DNA of 58,010 nucleotides, the filler included, from Barthelona sp. PAP020 (lineage: Eukaryota), in the NCBI GenBank assembly GCA_040182905.1. It is 4 parts of 4 records of this genome, joined end to end, with 100 filler letters (N's around TTAATTAATTAA, not from the genome) between each part and the next. Parts side by side here need not be neighbours in the genome. Positions count along the whole stretch, not along the records: positions 9,957 to 26,844 come from JARQWU010000014.1; 3 more parts are not named here. One strand, 5' to 3'. The notes under the pieces were generated by a model. The model ran no database searches, was not told where the DNA came from, and saw nothing but the letters and a program-made list of their open reading frames with translations. This document shows positions 11,296-21,419 of the stretch, piece by piece. Position 1 is the first letter of the stretch. Every line of letters starts with the position of its first letter. Made by a program: the position numbers and the translations under genes.

Positions 11296-11351
11296 TTTTT
11301 ATAATTTGATTATTCTTTGAATTTTCAAGAAAAAATTATTACCAACCGACC

Positions 11352-11392
11352 TGTGAGGATGAAACATTTCCACCACTCTTAGAAGCTGATTT
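11352..11392 (+). ncRNA. Second C/D motif pair (orphan snoRNA, or the 3' half of the preceding one)
   Basis: AGGATGA 11356-62 ... CTTA ... CTGA 11386-89, followed by a U-tract and then ACTAACATTGCAG. No target recognised. Confidence 0.45.
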
Positions 11393-11589
11393 TTTTCTAT
11401 TTTTTTTTCCAAAAATCGTGATTTTACTAACATTGCAGAAAAAAGAATTCCTTTTATCTACTCAGTATCTATATTTCAATCATAAATTCTTCTTTCATGG
11501 TTCCTTTTTGAATTTTTGGGGCAAAGTTTTGTTTTCTAAAAAAAATAAATTAATGTGAGGCTTTATCAAAAAACAGGATTTAAATTTTG

Positions 11590-12261
11590 TTATTCATCCT
11601 TACTTTTGTTTTCTAATGGTTCAGATTTGTTTGTTTCTTTCCTTTCTAAACGTTGCTTGAGATCATATTTGGTTAAACTTTCAAAAGCAGAGATAAGTTG
11701 AACCACATTAATAGATTGCTTTACAAACATAAAAGGTGCTGTAAAAATGCAAAGATAAGTGAAAATTTTGGCTTGAGTAATCGTTAAATATAAAAACAAA
11801 AAGAACAAATCATTGCATAAACACAAATATCCCAAAAATAATCTTGATTCGTAGTACAAACGAAGAATAAAATTCTTAGATTTGTCAAGTTTCTTGTGAG
11901 ATTCTTTACCTTCAAGCAAAGTAGCATACATATGTGCATAATGACTACAAATATCAAGTGCCACTTCAGTTTGGAAAAATATTGTATACTTAGGATAATA
12001 TGAAGCTAAACAAATTAACAAACAAGAAGTTCCAAAACGATCCGTGATCATATCCAAAACAGCTCCAAATCTGGTTGATTGATCGAATTTTCTTGCAAAA
12101 TAACCATCCAAAGCATCTAAACTGAAAGAACAAAAGTATAACAACCCAGACACAGCAGGTGATGTTTTTAAGGTAAAAAAGCAAGCAAAAGCAAGAATGA
12201 TTCTGGCAAAACCAATAATATTTGGTGCATAGAAGTAAATCTTTCTGTGAGATTCCATCAT
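11590..12261 (-). CDS. PIS1: Phosphatidylinositol synthase (CDP-diacylglycerol-inositol 3-phosphatidyltransferase)
   Basis: YAPNIIGFARI, the CDP-alcohol phosphotransferase motif DALDGYFARKFDQSTRFGAVLDMITDR, LDICSHYAHMY and SHKK. Confidence 0.95.
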   Translation of the reverse strand: MMESHRKIYFYAPNIIGFARIILAFACFFTLKTSPAVSGLLYFCSFSLDALDGYFARKFDQSTRFGAVLDMITDRFGTSCLLICLASYYPKYTIFFQTEVALDICSHYAHMYATLLEGKESHKKLDKSKNFILRLYYESRLFLGYLCLCNDLFFLFLYLTITQAKIFTYLCIFTAPFMFVKQSINVVQLISAFESLTKYDLKQRLERKETNKSEPLENKSKDE

Positions 12262-12672
12262 AAAACAAAAATGTTGGAAGAAAAATTGTTATCCAAAAGG
12301 TCTTCTGCTTTCATTTATTCATTGTGATTTCAAGCTTTTTTTTAATCAATGAATTAGCCAATCTTAATTGAAGAAATTGAATCGAATAATCTTCTCAATT
12401 TTCATATTTTCCTTTAATCCATATTTTCATAAATATATACACATATTTATATAATTGACAACAAATTTAATAACATTTGATTAATATTTTAAAACAAAAA
12501 GAAATTTCAACAGAATCACTCTTTTCTTCTCTTCTTGAAGTTATTGACACTTTAAACATTCGCGAAAGATTTAATTTGAAAACAATCTTTGAATAAACGT
12601 CAAAAGTGCAATTGAAGGAACTGTTCAACAACATTTTTAAATTTTATTCTACATTGCAAATGAATATGTACA

Positions 12673-14067
12673 ATGTCCAATGAATTGTTTGAATTATTAA
12701 AGAAACATCCCGATTATTTACTATTGAGACGAATGGTCAAAGATGCTGTGTTGAGTGAATATAGTTTTAAAGATTCATTAAACTTAAAATTAATGTTAAA
12801 CAAAGTATTTTCTCAAACTAACAATCAAGTTTTTTTGAAAAAACTGTTGTTATCACTTATTGTTGAAAACAAAAAAAAGAATGCACCGATTATTTGCAAT
12901 TCTGTTTATCAAAAACAAATAATTGAACAAGTGAATAATGGGTTAAACCATTTTTTTTTACAAATTGTTGAAAAATACAAAAAGAATGAACATTCCCCTT
13001 ATATATCTTTTAAAATATATTCCAAAGCATTAAAAACATTTTTATCTTTCAGTAAATCTGCTAATTCCAAAATTGAATTGTCAAAATTGAGTTTTCCCTT
13101 TCGTTTTCCATATAATGAGGTAAATTTAAATCAAAAGTATATCAAATTGAATTTTCAAACACCTAATCTTGGTGTTTCTGACTTCAAACTCAATAGCATA
13201 TGGAAAAATAATCTTTTATGTGTTTGTAAAAAGATTCTTTCATTCAAATCACCGGAATTAGCAAGAAGATTATGTATAAATGGAATACCTCCATCTTACC
13301 GATGCGGTATTTGGTCATTAATTTTGAATGTAGAGCCTTTAGAGGCCACAGACCCTTTTTTTTCAATTTATCAATCCATATGCAAACAATCTGATGAATC
13401 AGATTTGGAAAATCCTTATTTAATTGACAACTTTATTGCTAATTATACCCATGAATTCTTGAATGATCCAGTTTATTTTCCTTTTGTCGATTTAATTGGT
13501 GATTTATCGTTATGCATTATAAGGGACAGTAGGTTTTGTACCACAAAACCTACAATAAATGGGGAGTTTTTTCCACCAGGTGGAAATATTCCTACTTTTT
13601 CAATAGCATCTTTTGCAGGTTTACTTTGCTTTTTTGGCAAAACTGTTGAAGAGGTTTATCCTCTTGCAATTAAATTATTTCAAAATTATTTCAAATATTT
13701 ATTGGTTATTGATTTTGCTGAAGATCATTTTGTCGGCATTTGTTCAATTTTTGAAGGTTTGTTGAATTCAAAGGACCCTGAATTATTTTCTCACTTGATT
13801 AAATATGTTAATCCAAAAGACCTTATATTAGAATGGGTTTTAACAGGTTTTGTTGGCTATTTAGACCCCTCACAAGTATATCATTTGTGGGATCGTGTTC
13901 TTGGCTATGATTCTTTGGAGATTTTAGGGGTTGCTTGTGCTGCTATTCTAGTATTTAGAAGAGATGAATTGATTGATTGCGAAGATGATGATGAAATTGA
14001 TGGAGTTTTAGAAGACATTCATGAGATTAAGATAATTCCTGTGATTCAATGCTTAATTCACCTATAA
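12673..14067 (+). CDS. Rab-GAP TBC-domain protein (TBC1D19-like)
   Basis: GIPPSYRCGIWSLIL and FEGLLNSKDPELFSHL...WVLTGFVGYLDPSQVYHLWDRVLGYDSLEILGVACAAILVFR. Confidence 0.85.
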   Translation: MSNELFELLKKHPDYLLLRRMVKDAVLSEYSFKDSLNLKLMLNKVFSQTNNQVFLKKLLLSLIVENKKKNAPIICNSVYQKQIIEQVNNGLNHFFLQIVEKYKKNEHSPYISFKIYSKALKTFLSFSKSANSKIELSKLSFPFRFPYNEVNLNQKYIKLNFQTPNLGVSDFKLNSIWKNNLLCVCKKILSFKSPELARRLCINGIPPSYRCGIWSLILNVEPLEATDPFFSIYQSICKQSDESDLENPYLIDNFIANYTHEFLNDPVYFPFVDLIGDLSLCIIRDSRFCTTKPTINGEFFPPGGNIPTFSIASFAGLLCFFGKTVEEVYPLAIKLFQNYFKYLLVIDFAEDHFVGICSIFEGLLNSKDPELFSHLIKYVNPKDLILEWVLTGFVGYLDPSQVYHLWDRVLGYDSLEILGVACAAILVFRRDELIDCEDDDEIDGVLEDIHEIKIIPVIQCLIHL

Positions 14068-14937
14068 ATTAAAATATATTTTGATAAATAAACAATCAAA
14101 GGCATGTTTTGAAGTCTCATTGTCTCATTTGGTAATTCAGAATCAGAATCAGAATTACTATTTTTCAATGCATAAATAAAATACCTTTCTTCTTCTTGAA
14201 ACTAAAAATATTTTGAAATTTGCAATATTATGAATATGAGTTCACAAACGTAGTCTTTTTAAAATGATGATGACCAAAAGAGAAATTGAAATATGTGTTA
14301 AGGATCTAACAATTTTTAGAAGGAAAATGATGACAACTATTCAATTTATTTTGATGTTTGAAAAGATTAAATCTTATCTTTTCATGAGAAATGGAATATT
14401 CTATTCAAAACTATCCTTTTTGAATGAATCCTCCAGATTGTTTGAAATTTCTCATTTTATTCAGTTTCCTCATCATGATCACACCTTTAACAACAATAAA
14501 ATAATAAGTTCGTTTCTTTTTGAGAAGAAAGACTCCAAAAACAAGCAAAATCTCTTAATTCGTCTAGGAAACAGATTTTATTCTTTAAAAAGTCCTCATT
14601 TGTTAAATATAAAATCTTGGATTGTGAGGCCCTTCGTGAAGGCTAATATGATTGTTTGAACGATGATTCTGACCCATATAATCAATACTTTGATTCCCAT
14701 TCCATACGGTTAATTAAAATTCATTTTAATTGTTGGAACTGGAATGATCAAAAGATTTTCTGTCTTTTTAGAAATCTAACCCACCAAAAAAATAACACCC
14801 TAATTCAAAATTTTAATAAAAAATATTTAAAATGACCTTCAATTTATTGCTTAAATGTGTCAATGCATCATTTGAAAAAAAAAAAAAAAATGAAAATGTT
14901 CTTGTTTTTCTGGTAAATTTCATGTTGATGTTATTAT

Positions 14938-16539
14938 ATGAATGTATTACCTGTATTCTTTTTACTAATATTATTATTTAAGGGATGTTTATCTGTTGAT
15001 AGTAATTTATATGAATCCATACAAAACAATCTTAAAAATATTAATAATTATGATTTTACTCAGAGTTTTTTTGAATTTTATGATAATATAACAGATATTT
15101 TAGCTAATAGTGCCAAAATATATTATTTAGATGAAAATTATAATGAAAATTGTGAAATACTTTTTGGAATTGAAGAAAAATTTAACAATACTGCAAATTG
15201 TGTAACAGGCTTTTTCAATGAACAGCATTGCAATTGCAATGGTATGACTTTAAATGTTGAGCATCCAACATGTTTTTCTATATCTGGTAATTTATTGTCA
15301 AAAGAGTCGAGAAATTTAGCTTGCAAAATGAAACCTTTAATGAACATAGGAAAATCACTGTTGACTTATTCAAACGACATTTTTCTTGTAAATATGGCAA
15401 TACACACTGGATTTGCTTGGTTTTTTCCTGGTATTCCGCCTGATCTTTCAAATAATATTGGTTCGGAGAATGCCCCATGTTTTTATCGGACTGGTATAGC
15501 AGAATCTTATCCATTATTTCAGCGAAATTGGTACGCATCTGCTGCAATCAATCCCAGAACTATTGTATTCATTTTTAAATGTTCTGAATTGATGGGAAAT
15601 TTTCGAAATTTAATGGTGGAAATGATCAATCACATGATGATTTTTCTTTCTCCTCAAGACAGAATTTTTGTTATTTTTGAGGCAAAACAAACATATGTTC
15701 TATTTAATAAACCAGTAAATGTAGAAGAAGATGTTAAAAGTTTGATTGTTTCAACGATGAAAACAATTGAATTTTCAGGTCTAAATTTTGAAACTATGGG
15801 TTTAAATATTGCTGAAAGTGTATTTTCTAAAGCTGAAAATAAATTTATAAATTGTGCGTCCTTCATATACATATTTTCTGATGATTTGCCACCTAAATCC
15901 ACAGAATTTTCTTCATTTTTCATTGAAAATAATATTCGTATTATTGCATTCATTTTAACTGATATAGTTAATTTAGTGTTACATAAATGGACATGTTTAA
16001 CAAATGGATTGAGTTTTAATGTACCAACTATTGAACGTTTTGAAAAAAATTTTATAACTGTTCATCAGTTGGCTAAGATTTCTGGAGATGCATCGAAAAC
16101 ATACTGGACTTCACCATATTATTTTTGGAAATCTGATTTGTTGATTTCAACAGCTTCTAAATCAGTGTTTATTGATGAAAAAATGATAGGAGTTGTTGGA
16201 TTTGATATCATATGGGATGAGAACAAAGTGAAATTTGAAAATATTACAAATTATGTTCAAGAAAAAATATGCTTGGCAAACACGAACAGTTTTGCTGAAA
16301 TGGAAAGTTTACGTGAAAAATCTTGTGTTGCAGATGCTGTTTCAGTAGGTAGTGTTTTTTTTTCTGATAATCTAGATAAGAATTATTCAGTTGAATATTT
16401 TCTTTTCTTTTTGAGTTGCTTTTTCATCATTATTGTCATAAGTTTTGGTTTAAAAAAAATTGAACAATTAAATAATGTTCCAAATGTTGCTCATATCAAG
16501 TGTTATGAATTTAGAAAACAACAACATGAAAATGATTAG
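14938..16539 (+). CDS. Type I membrane protein with VWA + Cache-like domains (Ca-channel alpha2delta/CACHD1-like)
   Basis: Signal peptide, RNWYASAAINPRTIVFIF (cf. RPWY..A.SPKD.VIL.D), YWTSPYY, GVVGFDI and a C-terminal hydrophobic helix. Confidence 0.7.
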   Translation: MNVLPVFFLLILLFKGCLSVDSNLYESIQNNLKNINNYDFTQSFFEFYDNITDILANSAKIYYLDENYNENCEILFGIEEKFNNTANCVTGFFNEQHCNCNGMTLNVEHPTCFSISGNLLSKESRNLACKMKPLMNIGKSLLTYSNDIFLVNMAIHTGFAWFFPGIPPDLSNNIGSENAPCFYRTGIAESYPLFQRNWYASAAINPRTIVFIFKCSELMGNFRNLMVEMINHMMIFLSPQDRIFVIFEAKQTYVLFNKPVNVEEDVKSLIVSTMKTIEFSGLNFETMGLNIAESVFSKAENKFINCASFIYIFSDDLPPKSTEFSSFFIENNIRIIAFILTDIVNLVLHKWTCLTNGLSFNVPTIERFEKNFITVHQLAKISGDASKTYWTSPYYFWKSDLLISTASKSVFIDEKMIGVVGFDIIWDENKVKFENITNYVQEKICLANTNSFAEMESLREKSCVADAVSVGSVFFSDNLDKNYSVEYFLFFLSCFFIIIVISFGLKKIEQLNNVPNVAHIKCYEFRKQQHEND

Positions 16540-16736
16540 TTAATCTGATCTTTTTTTTTTTTTTTTGGCACACTTTTATCATCAATCAATGCTTGTATGA
16601 CAAAGAAATTTGAAATAAAAATAGTACAAATGAAGAAATTTTTTTTTAAAACTATTTTTTGCTTTTTATTTGATATTTTTATCAGGAAAAGAATTATTAG
16701 CAAAAAAGAATATTACAATTAATTTCTCTATTTTTC

Positions 16737-16967
16737 TTTGTTCGAAGCGCTTTCCAAACTTTCCAAACTTGAGAACTGGCCCCTCCGGTGATTTGTAAAT
16801 AATATACTCTTATCTTTATTCATATCTGAAGGTGATATTGGGGAGGGGGTGGGGGAACCTCTCAGGCTTAACTCTTTAATTTCAAATGCTGTCCCGTGGT
16901 AAGGGCGTCCTATGCAGTGTATTAAAGTTTTGCGGTACTAATTGTTCAGAAGACCCTTAAGTCTCCC
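16737..16967. repeat. Dispersed ~230-nt structured non-coding element, copy A
   Basis: A GC-richer intergenic island sharing collinear blocks with 33088-33313: TTTCCAAA(A)CTTTCC, AATAATA.AC, ATCTTTATTC, GGAACCTCTC, GCTGTC, CTATG and TACTAATTG.TCA.AAGA. Confidence 0.75.
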
Positions 16968-17413
16968 AAATTCTTAAAATTCATCCTAAATGTACAAAGT
17001 TTCTTGCGGTTCACTTGAAAAAGTTCAAAAATTTTGGGTAAAGTTTTGTATTCAAGGAACAATTGAAGAAAACAAAATTTCGATCTGGCAAAAATAATCC
17101 CTTACAAACAATTCTCAATTAATTTTTCTTATTTCTTTTATTTCAATCATCTTCATGTGTTAAACTTCTCATAATCTTTCTTATCTTTTTTTTTTTGTTC
17201 TTTTACTATCATTGAATTCAAAACAAAGAATTGTTTTTCACAATTGCTTCAGTTTATCTGAAAAGCTAACGTGGACATGCAAAATACATTAAATCAAAAC
17301 AAAAGACCAAGTATTTGTCAAAATAAAGAACTGAATATTTTTCAAAACACACATTTATCACATTAACAATATTTTTAAAATTCTTGAAGTTCAGATTGAA
17401 AAATACGGAAGAA

Positions 17414-20293
17414 TTAAACAATCATTAAACAACATGGGGACACTCTAGCGGGATATCCAAAAGGAGAGTCAGCAGAAATACCACCAATATTTCGAAGAGA
17501 CCAAGTACATTGTTGAACACTAGCTCTTTCAGCTCGTGATGACAGTAAAGTAAAAATATCCAAAACTTGACTGCTCCACAAACCTCTCATTTGACTGCTT
17601 GATAATTTAAATATGTCCACTTTTTCTTCCACTTCTGCAAATAAAATGAACTCTTTCTGAGTAATTATCGATAATTTTCGGTTATCTCCAGTTTTATAGG
17701 TTAAAAAATCATCAAATAACTTTGATTTTTTGTAAATATATTCAATTTCAGGAAGGGAAATGATGGTTTCCAATTTCATAAAGTTGATTTGCTCCATAAT
17801 TTCATCATACGTTGATTGCATGTCTAAAAGATACAATTGAACAGGCATAATTGAATTTAACGACAATATTACAATCTCAAAAAATTTATTCACAATGTTT
17901 GGGTTTTCTTTAAATAGACTATAAAATGGATTATTTGAATCATCAAAATTTTGCAAATCTTCAAAAAAATTTAAAGACTCAACATTCAACACACCTCTTA
18001 AATTATATGGGTTACAGATAATTATTGGGGTTTGCAACCAACTTACAACTTCACTTAAAGCTTCAATTGATGAAAATGAATCATTATTGAAAAGGTAAGC
18101 AACTAATTTTTTAAACCTTTGAATATGTGTTGAATCAGAAATGTAAGAGGAAACGTTTTCAAACAATCTATCTAAATCATCTTCAAAAAAATAATCAATT
18201 TCAAAATCTAATTGGTCTAAAAACAATTCAAACACTTTAGAAGATTCAAATTCTTCAAAAATATGAAATAATTGACAAACAAAAACGTTAAAAGTAACAC
18301 AAGCGGAATTAGATGTCAGTAATGATCTTGAAGATCTTACAACACCCGTATTATCAGAACAAATCAAAGAAAAATTGCTTAACCAATGTCTAAGAAAAAT
18401 TTCTTTCTTTGACAATAATGATCTCTTCTCAACAGATTGACAAATAGTCAATTTAGGTAATATTCTCAATTCAAAATGTACACATTGTGTCATGACATCC
18501 AAAAAATGTAAAATATAAGTATTTTGTTCAGTAAATAGTAAAAAGAAAGAATCAGCTGAAATATAAAACAATGATGGGTTCTTATTAATTATATGTGTGA
18601 CAAAAGCTTCATTAACAGCTAAATTTAACAGATTATTTGTTTCAATTACATCTAATTTTTCTTCAAAATTAGGCCAAAATCTTGTATTTTCAAATGTTGA
18701 GATTTCATAACTTAAAGATCCATTGGAAACTGAAAATAGTTCAAATTTTGGTAATAATAAACCTAACAACAATTTAATGTTAATAAACCCATTGTTAAAT
18801 ACACAAATTAAAAAATTTTCAGTATGAAAATCCTCATTAAACAATAATTTCAATTTTTCATTGGTTCTCAACCAAAATGTTAGCAAATTACGTAAAAAAT
18901 AAATTCTAACAATCATTGGTTGATTGGTGTTTGAAAAAAATTCAGTACCAAATCCAATATTTGCTAAAATTACACTTAAACAGAACATTCCTGTATCTGT
19001 TAATGTTTGTCTCATAATAAACATCGGTAAAGTAACTTTCCAAATAATATTCAAATATTCAATCATTTTTTCATTAAATAATACTGTAAATATAGGTGGC
19101 ATATAATACTGAGGTATATTACGCATCAAATATAAAATGTATAAAGGTAAAATAACTAATTTAATTATATGCATCCAACCACGTCTAATAATTCGATTTC
19201 CTTTAAAATATATTATTTTTTGATACCATTTCATTAACATAAATGGATTTGGAAATGGAATTAAGTTATTAAACATTTGATAAGAATAAATTAAATCATT
19301 AAATATAACAGTTACAACTAATATAGCAACAATAAACATTTTAGGATTAAAATTCACACAAGCAAATAAAGGATCAATCAAAAAAATTGTAACCAAAAAT
19401 ATTATGTCCAAACTATAGTCAAATTTAGTAAATTTAATCTTTTTGTACAGTTGTGTTTGAGATGGTATAATACTTAACCCATAAATAATTAAAAATAAAA
19501 TTCTTTCATGGTTTCGAATCAAAGAAAAATATGTTCCCAAACTTAAAAAGAATATTTTCATAATAAAAACTCTCCAAGAGCCAATATATCCACAACCCCC
19601 TAAAAAATAATGATCAAACGTTTCCAAAATAGAAACAACAATTTTAAACGGTGTTAAAGGTAAAAAGCCCTCAAAAACCAAAAAAGATAATAATGCAGCA
19701 AATATTATAAATGTTTTATTATACATAGCTATGAATAAAAATATTAACAAATACAAATTAAATGATACAGTGTACCACCAATTTGGAATGAACTTCTTCA
19801 AATTTTTTGGAAATTCTTCTGCAAAAAAATTGCTGTTAAAACCATAAAAAAAAGAATGATAAACGCCAATAACAATATATCGATTATCATGAAAAAATGG
19901 AATCAATTTTAGCAAAATACTGAAATTAATCAAACTTAATATCAAACCAAAAATACGTTTCCATTCACCAGTTCTTAATATAATATAATAAACTGATAAA
20001 CACATGACAATTTTTGTGTTAATTTGCAAAAATTTAGATTCATCGGTCAAATTAGTAATATGAAAAACTAAATTAAATATTAAAGTTAATCTTAACACCT
20101 TTTTATTATCAGGTGGAGGTGTGCTAAAACCAAATAAGAACCAAAAATATCTTTTGAAATAAAATTTTGTTTCAGGGGTATTCCATTGATATTTAAAAAA
20201 CCTTTCCAAAAAAGACCTGAAAAATGTTATTATACTGAAGGGAAACAACAACTGAAATAACCAAAAAAAATTCCACCAAACTAACTTCAACAT
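17414..20293 (-). CDS. Pecanex-like multipass membrane protein
   Basis: Many TM helices. The C-terminal QMRGLWSSQ...ERASVQ...LRNI...SADSPFGYPARVSP matches the pecanex C-terminal signature (VRGLWAGQ...ERGSIQ...LRNM...CDQPIGYP). Confidence 0.8.
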   Translation of the reverse strand: MLKLVWWNFFWLFQLLFPFSIITFFRSFLERFFKYQWNTPETKFYFKRYFWFLFGFSTPPPDNKKVLRLTLIFNLVFHITNLTDESKFLQINTKIVMCLSVYYIILRTGEWKRIFGLILSLINFSILLKLIPFFHDNRYIVIGVYHSFFYGFNSNFFAEEFPKNLKKFIPNWWYTVSFNLYLLIFLFIAMYNKTFIIFAALLSFLVFEGFLPLTPFKIVVSILETFDHYFLGGCGYIGSWRVFIMKIFFLSLGTYFSLIRNHERILFLIIYGLSIIPSQTQLYKKIKFTKFDYSLDIIFLVTIFLIDPLFACVNFNPKMFIVAILVVTVIFNDLIYSYQMFNNLIPFPNPFMLMKWYQKIIYFKGNRIIRRGWMHIIKLVILPLYILYLMRNIPQYYMPPIFTVLFNEKMIEYLNIIWKVTLPMFIMRQTLTDTGMFCLSVILANIGFGTEFFSNTNQPMIVRIYFLRNLLTFWLRTNEKLKLLFNEDFHTENFLICVFNNGFINIKLLLGLLLPKFELFSVSNGSLSYEISTFENTRFWPNFEEKLDVIETNNLLNLAVNEAFVTHIINKNPSLFYISADSFFLLFTEQNTYILHFLDVMTQCVHFELRILPKLTICQSVEKRSLLSKKEIFLRHWLSNFSLICSDNTGVVRSSRSLLTSNSACVTFNVFVCQLFHIFEEFESSKVFELFLDQLDFEIDYFFEDDLDRLFENVSSYISDSTHIQRFKKLVAYLFNNDSFSSIEALSEVVSWLQTPIIICNPYNLRGVLNVESLNFFEDLQNFDDSNNPFYSLFKENPNIVNKFFEIVILSLNSIMPVQLYLLDMQSTYDEIMEQINFMKLETIISLPEIEYIYKKSKLFDDFLTYKTGDNRKLSIITQKEFILFAEVEEKVDIFKLSSSQMRGLWSSQVLDIFTLLSSRAERASVQQCTWSLRNIGGISADSPFGYPARVSPCCLMIV

Positions 20294-20656
20294 TCGTCAC
20301 TTATATTATTATATTATTACTATTGCTCTCTCGTAAAGTGATTATTAACGTTATTTTTTAACCCTTCATTAAAAATATTAAAAAAAAGAGTCAACTAACA
20401 ATTTTAATTTATTATTTTTGTTTTCAATGAATTATTGGGAATAATATTTCATCAGTATAAAAATAAATTTGTAAAATAATAAAACAATACTAAAAAATGA
20501 ATTAGATCCATATTTTTATAAAATCAATACCATTATTTATGTACAAACTATATTTACGGTTAAATTATGCCAAAATTTGCCAGTTAAATTTGAGTTGGCA
20601 TTCAACATTTTTGGATGGCTCATTTCAAAAGAATTTAAAATTTTTTTTTCTGTTGA

Positions 20657-21388
20657 ATGATCCAAGATAATAACATAATTGATATCATAAGTGGAAAGCC
20701 ACTGGACTCACAACCTGTTAGAACTGGAAAAAGAGTTCAACCTCGAGAAAGTAGAAATTTTTTGTTTGATGGGGATACACCACGATATATTCGTGGGAAA
20801 AAACATATAATTCCCAAGGACTCTGATGAGTATCATTATAAAACTCGCACAAAACCCAAACCAGAATTCGACTCTTCCAGAGCTGGTATGAGCAGTGAAA
20901 GATTGACTCATTTTTCGGATGCAAAATATTTACATAGACGAAGAGTGAAAAATTTCGATGCAAAAGAAGAAATTAAGCCCTCAAGAAGAAAACCACTACA
21001 ACCAGCCTCATATGAGGATAGAAATGTAATTGATATTGCAAATGATACTGTAAAATATCGTTCTTTATCACGTATTGTTGAAAAACCAAAGCCATCACCT
21101 TCCAAAGAAAGATATAGAATGAATAGAGCACCTCCTTCCACTGTATTAGATTATGTCACATCAAATGTTGAACCTCTTTCCATAAAAACCAAAGAGCTGC
21201 CTGAATTTAGGACTAGTGATGTTTTCAGACTGGATAAAGTTGAGCCAAAGCTTTACAAGTTTGAATACCCCAAACCAAAACAAGCTGTATCTTTGAATTC
21301 AGTTCGTGATACACATGAATATGCAAAATTGATCAAACAAAAAATGACATCGACAAGTGTGGATGATCTTTTATTATTGAATAAATAG
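20657..21388 (+). CDS. Hypothetical basic, probably disordered protein (243 aa)
   Basis: Clean ATG-to-TAG ORF between AT-rich spacers. No family recognised. Confidence 0.7.
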   Translation: MIQDNNIIDIISGKPLDSQPVRTGKRVQPRESRNFLFDGDTPRYIRGKKHIIPKDSDEYHYKTRTKPKPEFDSSRAGMSSERLTHFSDAKYLHRRRVKNFDAKEEIKPSRRKPLQPASYEDRNVIDIANDTVKYRSLSRIVEKPKPSPSKERYRMNRAPPSTVLDYVTSNVEPLSIKTKELPEFRTSDVFRLDKVEPKLYKFEYPKPKQAVSLNSVRDTHEYAKLIKQKMTSTSVDDLLLLNK

Positions 21389-21419
21389 TCATTTGATGAC
21401 AATTATTTTATTGTGAATA

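Noticed and set aside
14264..14659. 131-aa + strand ORF as a gene
   Set aside because: No recognisable motif and composition typical of AT-rich non-coding or antisense sequence.
16930..16965. Resemblance of GGTACTAATTG...CTTAA to the 3' end of bacterial 23S rRNA
   Set aside because: Only a few short words match. The conserved upstream LSU motifs (e.g. GCTGAAAGCATCTAAG, sarcin-ricin loop) are absent.
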